Assembly: GCA_044220955.1 (NCBI GenBank)
Contig: JBGAQA010000042.1
Coordinates: forward strand, 1 to 54,629
Source: Sandaracinaceae bacterium
GTDB taxonomy: Bacteria; Myxococcota_A; Polyangia; Polyangiales; Sandaracinaceae
Direction: 5' to 3'
DNA length: 54,629 nt
Below are positions 51,305 to 54,629 of this stretch, one piece after another. Made by a program: the position numbers and the translations under genes. Numbering within the stretch: the stretch's first letter is position 1; each line of letters begins with the position of its first letter. The notes below the pieces were generated by a model. That model ran no database searches. It worked only from the letters and a program-made list of their open reading frames with translations, and was not told the DNA's origin.

Positions 51305-52129
51305 ATGACCGAGAAGATCCCGTTGAGCCCCGAGCAGCTCGAGTTCCTGCAGCAAGAGATCGTGCGCGAGGCGCGCCGCACGCTCGTCGGACGCCGCCTG
51401 ATCGGCCTCTACGGGCCACTCGGGCCCGGGATCGCCACGGTCAACATCGAGCACTACGGCGCCGACGAGGACGCCGAGATCGACCTCGAGGGCCGCACGG
51501 ATCCCAAGCCCGTCGTCGGCTCGAGCCCCCGCGTGCTGCGCGTACCGATCCTCTACAAGGACTTCGTCCTGCACTGGCGTGACGTCGCGTTCGCCAAGAA
51601 GGTCGGCGCGCCGCTCGACGCCTCGCGCGCCATCCGCGCGGCGCACGCGGTCGCCGACCGCGAGGACACGCTGCTGTTCAACGGCGATCCGAAGATCGGC
51701 CACGAGGGCCTGCTCGACGCCAAGGGGCGGTGCAGCGTCCCGCGCAGCGACTGGAGCAAGTACGGGAGCGCCTACCGCGACATCGTGAAGGCCACCGAGA
51801 CCTTGCTCGCGCACAACCACCACCGGCCCTTCGCGCTCGCGGTCTCGGCGGGCGACTACGCGCGCCTCGTACAGCAGCGCGAGGGCCAGTTCGCCCCCGA
51901 GCTCGACTCGATCGCGCGCCTCTGCGACGACGGCGTCTACAACTCGCCGACCATCCCCGAGGGCAAGGCCGTGCTGCTCTCGACCGGCGACCAGAGCTTC
52001 GACATCGCGGTGACCGAGGATCTCACGCTCACGTTCCTCGGCGAGCGCGACCAGGACTACCCGTTCCGGGTGTACGAGTGCCTCGCGCTGCGCATCAAGC
52101 GCTCCACGGCGATCTGCACGATCGAATAG
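51305..52129 (+). CDS. Family 1 encapsulin shell protein (Linocin M18 / HK97 fold)
   Basis: GAGGAG RBS; 274 aa; ARRTLVGRRLIGLYGPLG, PILYKDFVLHWRD, PLD..AA..EDTLLFNG, FDIAV.EDL, FRVYE..LRIKR..AIC. Confidence 0.93.
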   Translation: MTEKIPLSPEQLEFLQQEIVREARRTLVGRRLIGLYGPLGPGIATVNIEHYGADEDAEIDLEGRTDPKPVVGSSPRVLRVPILYKDFVLHWRDVAFAKKVGAPLDASRAIRAAHAVADREDTLLFNGDPKIGHEGLLDAKGRCSVPRSDWSKYGSAYRDIVKATETLLAHNHHRPFALAVSAGDYARLVQQREGQFAPELDSIARLCDDGVYNSPTIPEGKAVLLSTGDQSFDIAVTEDLTLTFLGERDQDYPFRVYECLALRIKRSTAICTIE

Positions 52130-52148
52130 CGCGACGGAGGACCGAACG

Positions 52149-53534
52149 ATGCGCACGCTCATCAAAGGTGGAACGGTCCTCACGGCGACGGAGACCTTCG
52201 CCGCGGACGTGCTCGTCGACGACGGAAAGATCGCGGGCCTCGCGAAGGAATTCACCGGGCACTTCGACGAGACGATCGACGCGAAGGGGAAGTACGTCTT
52301 CCCCGGGGGCATCGACGCGCACACCCACATGGACATGCCCTTCGGCGGCACGACCTCGTCGGACGACTTCGAGTCGGGCACGACCGCGGCGGCGCACGGC
52401 GGGACGACGACGCTGATCGACTTCGCGATCCAGACGAAGGGCAGCACGCTCAAGCAGGCGCTCGACACCTGGCACGCCAAGGCCGAGGGCAAGGCGGCGA
52501 CCGACTACGCGTTCCACATGATCGCGACGGATCTTCCGCCCGCGGCGCTCGCGGAGATGGCGGACGTCGTCCGCGAGGGCGTCACGAGCTTCAAGCTCTT
52601 CATGGCGTATCCGGGCGTGCTCTTGCTCGACGACCAGTCGATCTTCCGCGGCATGCTGCGCGCGGGCGAGCTGGGCGCGCTCATCACGATGCACGCCGAG
52701 ACGGGCCTGCCGATCGACGTGCTCGTCGAGCGCGCGCTCGCGAAGGGCCACACCGCGCCGATCTACCACGGCCTCACGCGGCCCCAGGTCGCCGAGGCGA
52801 CCGGAACCGAGCGGGCGATCGCGCTCGCCGAGATGGCCGGCGTGCCCGTGTACATGGTGCACCTGTCCGCGCACCGCGCGCTCGAGCGCGTGATGGAGGC
52901 GCGCGACCGGGGCCTGCCCGCGTACGCCGAGACCTGCCCGCAGTACCTCTTCATGTCGGAGGACGACCTCAAGGGCACGCCCGAGGATCCCTTCCAGGGC
53001 GCGAAGTACGTCTGCACGCCGCCGCTGCGCCCCGCGTTCCACCACGACCACCTCTGGCGCGGGCTGCGCAACTACGACCTGCAGGTCGTGGCGACCGATC
53101 ACTGCCCCTTCTGCTTCAAGGACCAGAAGGAGCTCGGCCGCGACAGCTTCGCCAAGATCCCGAACGGCATGCCCGGCGTCGAGACGCGCCTCTATCTGCT
53201 CTGGGAGGGCGTGCGCCAGGGCCGCATCTCGATGAACCGCTTCGTCGAGATCACCTCGACCGCGCCGGCGAAGATCTTCGGCCTCTACCCGCGCAAGGGC
53301 TCGATGGGCGTGGGCGCCGACGCGGACCTCGTCGTGTGGGATCCGGAGAAGAAGCACACGCTGAGCGTGAAGACGCTCCACATGCGCGTCGACTACTCGC
53401 CCCTCGAGGGCCGCGAGGTCACCGGCTTCCCCAGCGTCGTCATGCAGCGCGGCAACGTGCTCGCGCGTGACGGCAAGTGGCACGGCAAGGCCGGCGCCGG
53501 GAAGTTCCTCCGCCGCGGCACGTTCAACCTCTGA
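52149..53534 (+). CDS. hydA: Dihydropyrimidinase / D-hydantoinase
   Basis: PGGIDAHTH, GGTTTLIDF, SFKLFMAY, MHAE, VHLS, ETCPQYL, ATDHCPF, IPNGMPGVE. Confidence 0.93.
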   Translation: MRTLIKGGTVLTATETFAADVLVDDGKIAGLAKEFTGHFDETIDAKGKYVFPGGIDAHTHMDMPFGGTTSSDDFESGTTAAAHGGTTTLIDFAIQTKGSTLKQALDTWHAKAEGKAATDYAFHMIATDLPPAALAEMADVVREGVTSFKLFMAYPGVLLLDDQSIFRGMLRAGELGALITMHAETGLPIDVLVERALAKGHTAPIYHGLTRPQVAEATGTERAIALAEMAGVPVYMVHLSAHRALERVMEARDRGLPAYAETCPQYLFMSEDDLKGTPEDPFQGAKYVCTPPLRPAFHHDHLWRGLRNYDLQVVATDHCPFCFKDQKELGRDSFAKIPNGMPGVETRLYLLWEGVRQGRISMNRFVEITSTAPAKIFGLYPRKGSMGVGADADLVVWDPEKKHTLSVKTLHMRVDYSPLEGREVTGFPSVVMQRGNVLARDGKWHGKAGAGKFLRRGTFNL

Positions 53535-53554
53535 TCGCGGGCGCGACGGACCGA

Positions 53555-54535
53555 ATGCGCGAGCTGCCCGGCTTCCAGGACTTCATGCGACCGCTGCTCG
53601 AGCTGCTCGCAGGCGAGGCCGCGCCGCTCCGTGCCCGCGAGGTCTACGAGAAGCTTGCGGATCGGATGAAGCTCGATGCGGATGAGCGAGGGCAGCTGCT
53701 TCCCAGCCGCAAGCAGCCAACCTACAGGAACCGCATCGGCTGGGCTTCGACGTACCTGCGCTTCGCCGGCCTCGTGCAGTCGCCCACGCGAGGGATCTGG
53801 ACGATCACCGATGCCGGCCGGAAGCTCCTCGCGAAGAACAAGGGACGAATCGACCTCCGCGTGCTCCAGACCATCCCCGCCTACGTGGAGGCGCGCCGCG
53901 CTGCGGAAGGTGAGGAGGGCGATTCAGCGAACGAGGCTGCGACCGTGCCGTCGCTCCCGTCCGAAGAGACGCCTGAAGAACTGCTCTTCGCGGCTCACAA
54001 GCGAATCGTCGGCTCCGTGGCCGAGCAGCTCTCCGAACTTCTCCAGCAGGCCACGCCCGACTTCTTCGAAGAACTCGTCGTCGATCTCCTCGGTCGCATG
54101 GGCTACGGGACCTCCGACGATGCGCGGGTGCGTGTGGGCCGGTCAGGTGATGGCGGGATCGATGGCGTGATCTCCCTCGACAAGCTCGGCTTGGAGAAGG
54201 TCTACATCCAGGCGAAGAAGTGGGCTCCGGGTAACAAGGTCGGCCGACCCGACGTGCAGGCGTTCTTCGGTGCGCTAGCAGGGCAGCGCGCGACGAAGGG
54301 TCTGTTCATGACGACCTCCGCGTTCTCCAAGGAGGCGGAGCAGTACGCCGCGAGCGTTTCTGGCTCCCTCATCCTGGTGGACGGGAAGCGCCTGGTTCAA
54401 CTCATGATCGATCACGGGCTCGGAGTTTCGACCGCGCACACGTTGCTGGTGCCGCGGATCGACCACGACGGCCGCCGAGGCGGTCGCGGCCCTCCCCCGT
54501 CGCGGCCGGGTCGCGGTGGGCGCCAACGCGGGTGA
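53555..54535 (+). CDS. mrr: Mrr-family type IV restriction endonuclease (aberrant C-terminus)
   Basis: Mrr_N (P.FQDFMRPLL, LPS..YRNRIGWA) + catalytic FEELVVDLL, SGDGGIDG, YIQAKKW, LILVDG. Confidence 0.9.
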   Translation: MRELPGFQDFMRPLLELLAGEAAPLRAREVYEKLADRMKLDADERGQLLPSRKQPTYRNRIGWASTYLRFAGLVQSPTRGIWTITDAGRKLLAKNKGRIDLRVLQTIPAYVEARRAAEGEEGDSANEAATVPSLPSEETPEELLFAAHKRIVGSVAEQLSELLQQATPDFFEELVVDLLGRMGYGTSDDARVRVGRSGDGGIDGVISLDKLGLEKVYIQAKKWAPGNKVGRPDVQAFFGALAGQRATKGLFMTTSAFSKEAEQYAASVSGSLILVDGKRLVQLMIDHGLGVSTAHTLLVPRIDHDGRRGGRGPPPSRPGRGGRQRG

Positions 54536-54629
54536 GCCGAGCACGCTCCTGGCCGCCCTCGCGGACGCCGCGCCGCGCTTCAACGGGCTCGAGATCGTCC
54601 AGGTGCTCTCCTTCGGGAGCGAACGCCTC
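54462..54629 (+). CDS. 5' fragment of an acetyl-CoA hydrolase/transferase-family gene (start missing, runs off the window)
   Basis: Own translation: TTTAAEAVAALPRRGRVAVGANAGEPSTLLAALADAAPRFNGLEIVQVLSFGSERL, resembling the family N-terminus (TAEEAV..GEP..L..L...VEI). Confidence 0.6.

Noticed and set aside
51305..52129. Prophage major capsid gene
   Set aside because: Encapsulin-specific motifs and a tagged cargo; no terminase, portal, protease or tail genes

Overview
Very GC-rich, densely coding bacterial chromosomal window. The gene repertoire (Ser/Thr kinases, DUF2378 and DUF4388 proteins, VWA/LVIVD lipoproteins, sigma-54 regulator, family-1 encapsulin with a TVGSLRR-tagged partner) points to a myxobacterium, probably Polyangiales/Sandaracinus-like; this is an inference. 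About 50 CDSs are supported, including nadB, a two-component system plus a TolC-MFP-RND efflux operon, two convergent paralogous FAD oxidoreductases with an acetoacetate-decarboxylase-fold gene, a Crp/cNMP-phosphodiesterase pair, an RHH-PIN toxin-antitoxin pair, mutM, hydA and mrr. No rRNA, tRNA, CRISPR array, transposase or integrase was recognised. Most notable: (1) an encapsulin preceded by a 109-aa non-canonical cargo gene with two myxobacterial-type targeting peptides and no intact ferroxidase motif, followed 19 bp later by dihydropyrimidinase; (2) a family of ~162-bp fold-back intergenic elements ending in GGGGTCACTCCA, in three copies; (3) two apparent deletion junctions (MmyB-type regulator; mrr joined to an acyl-CoA transferase). 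All product calls come from motif recognition by eye; no database searches were run.
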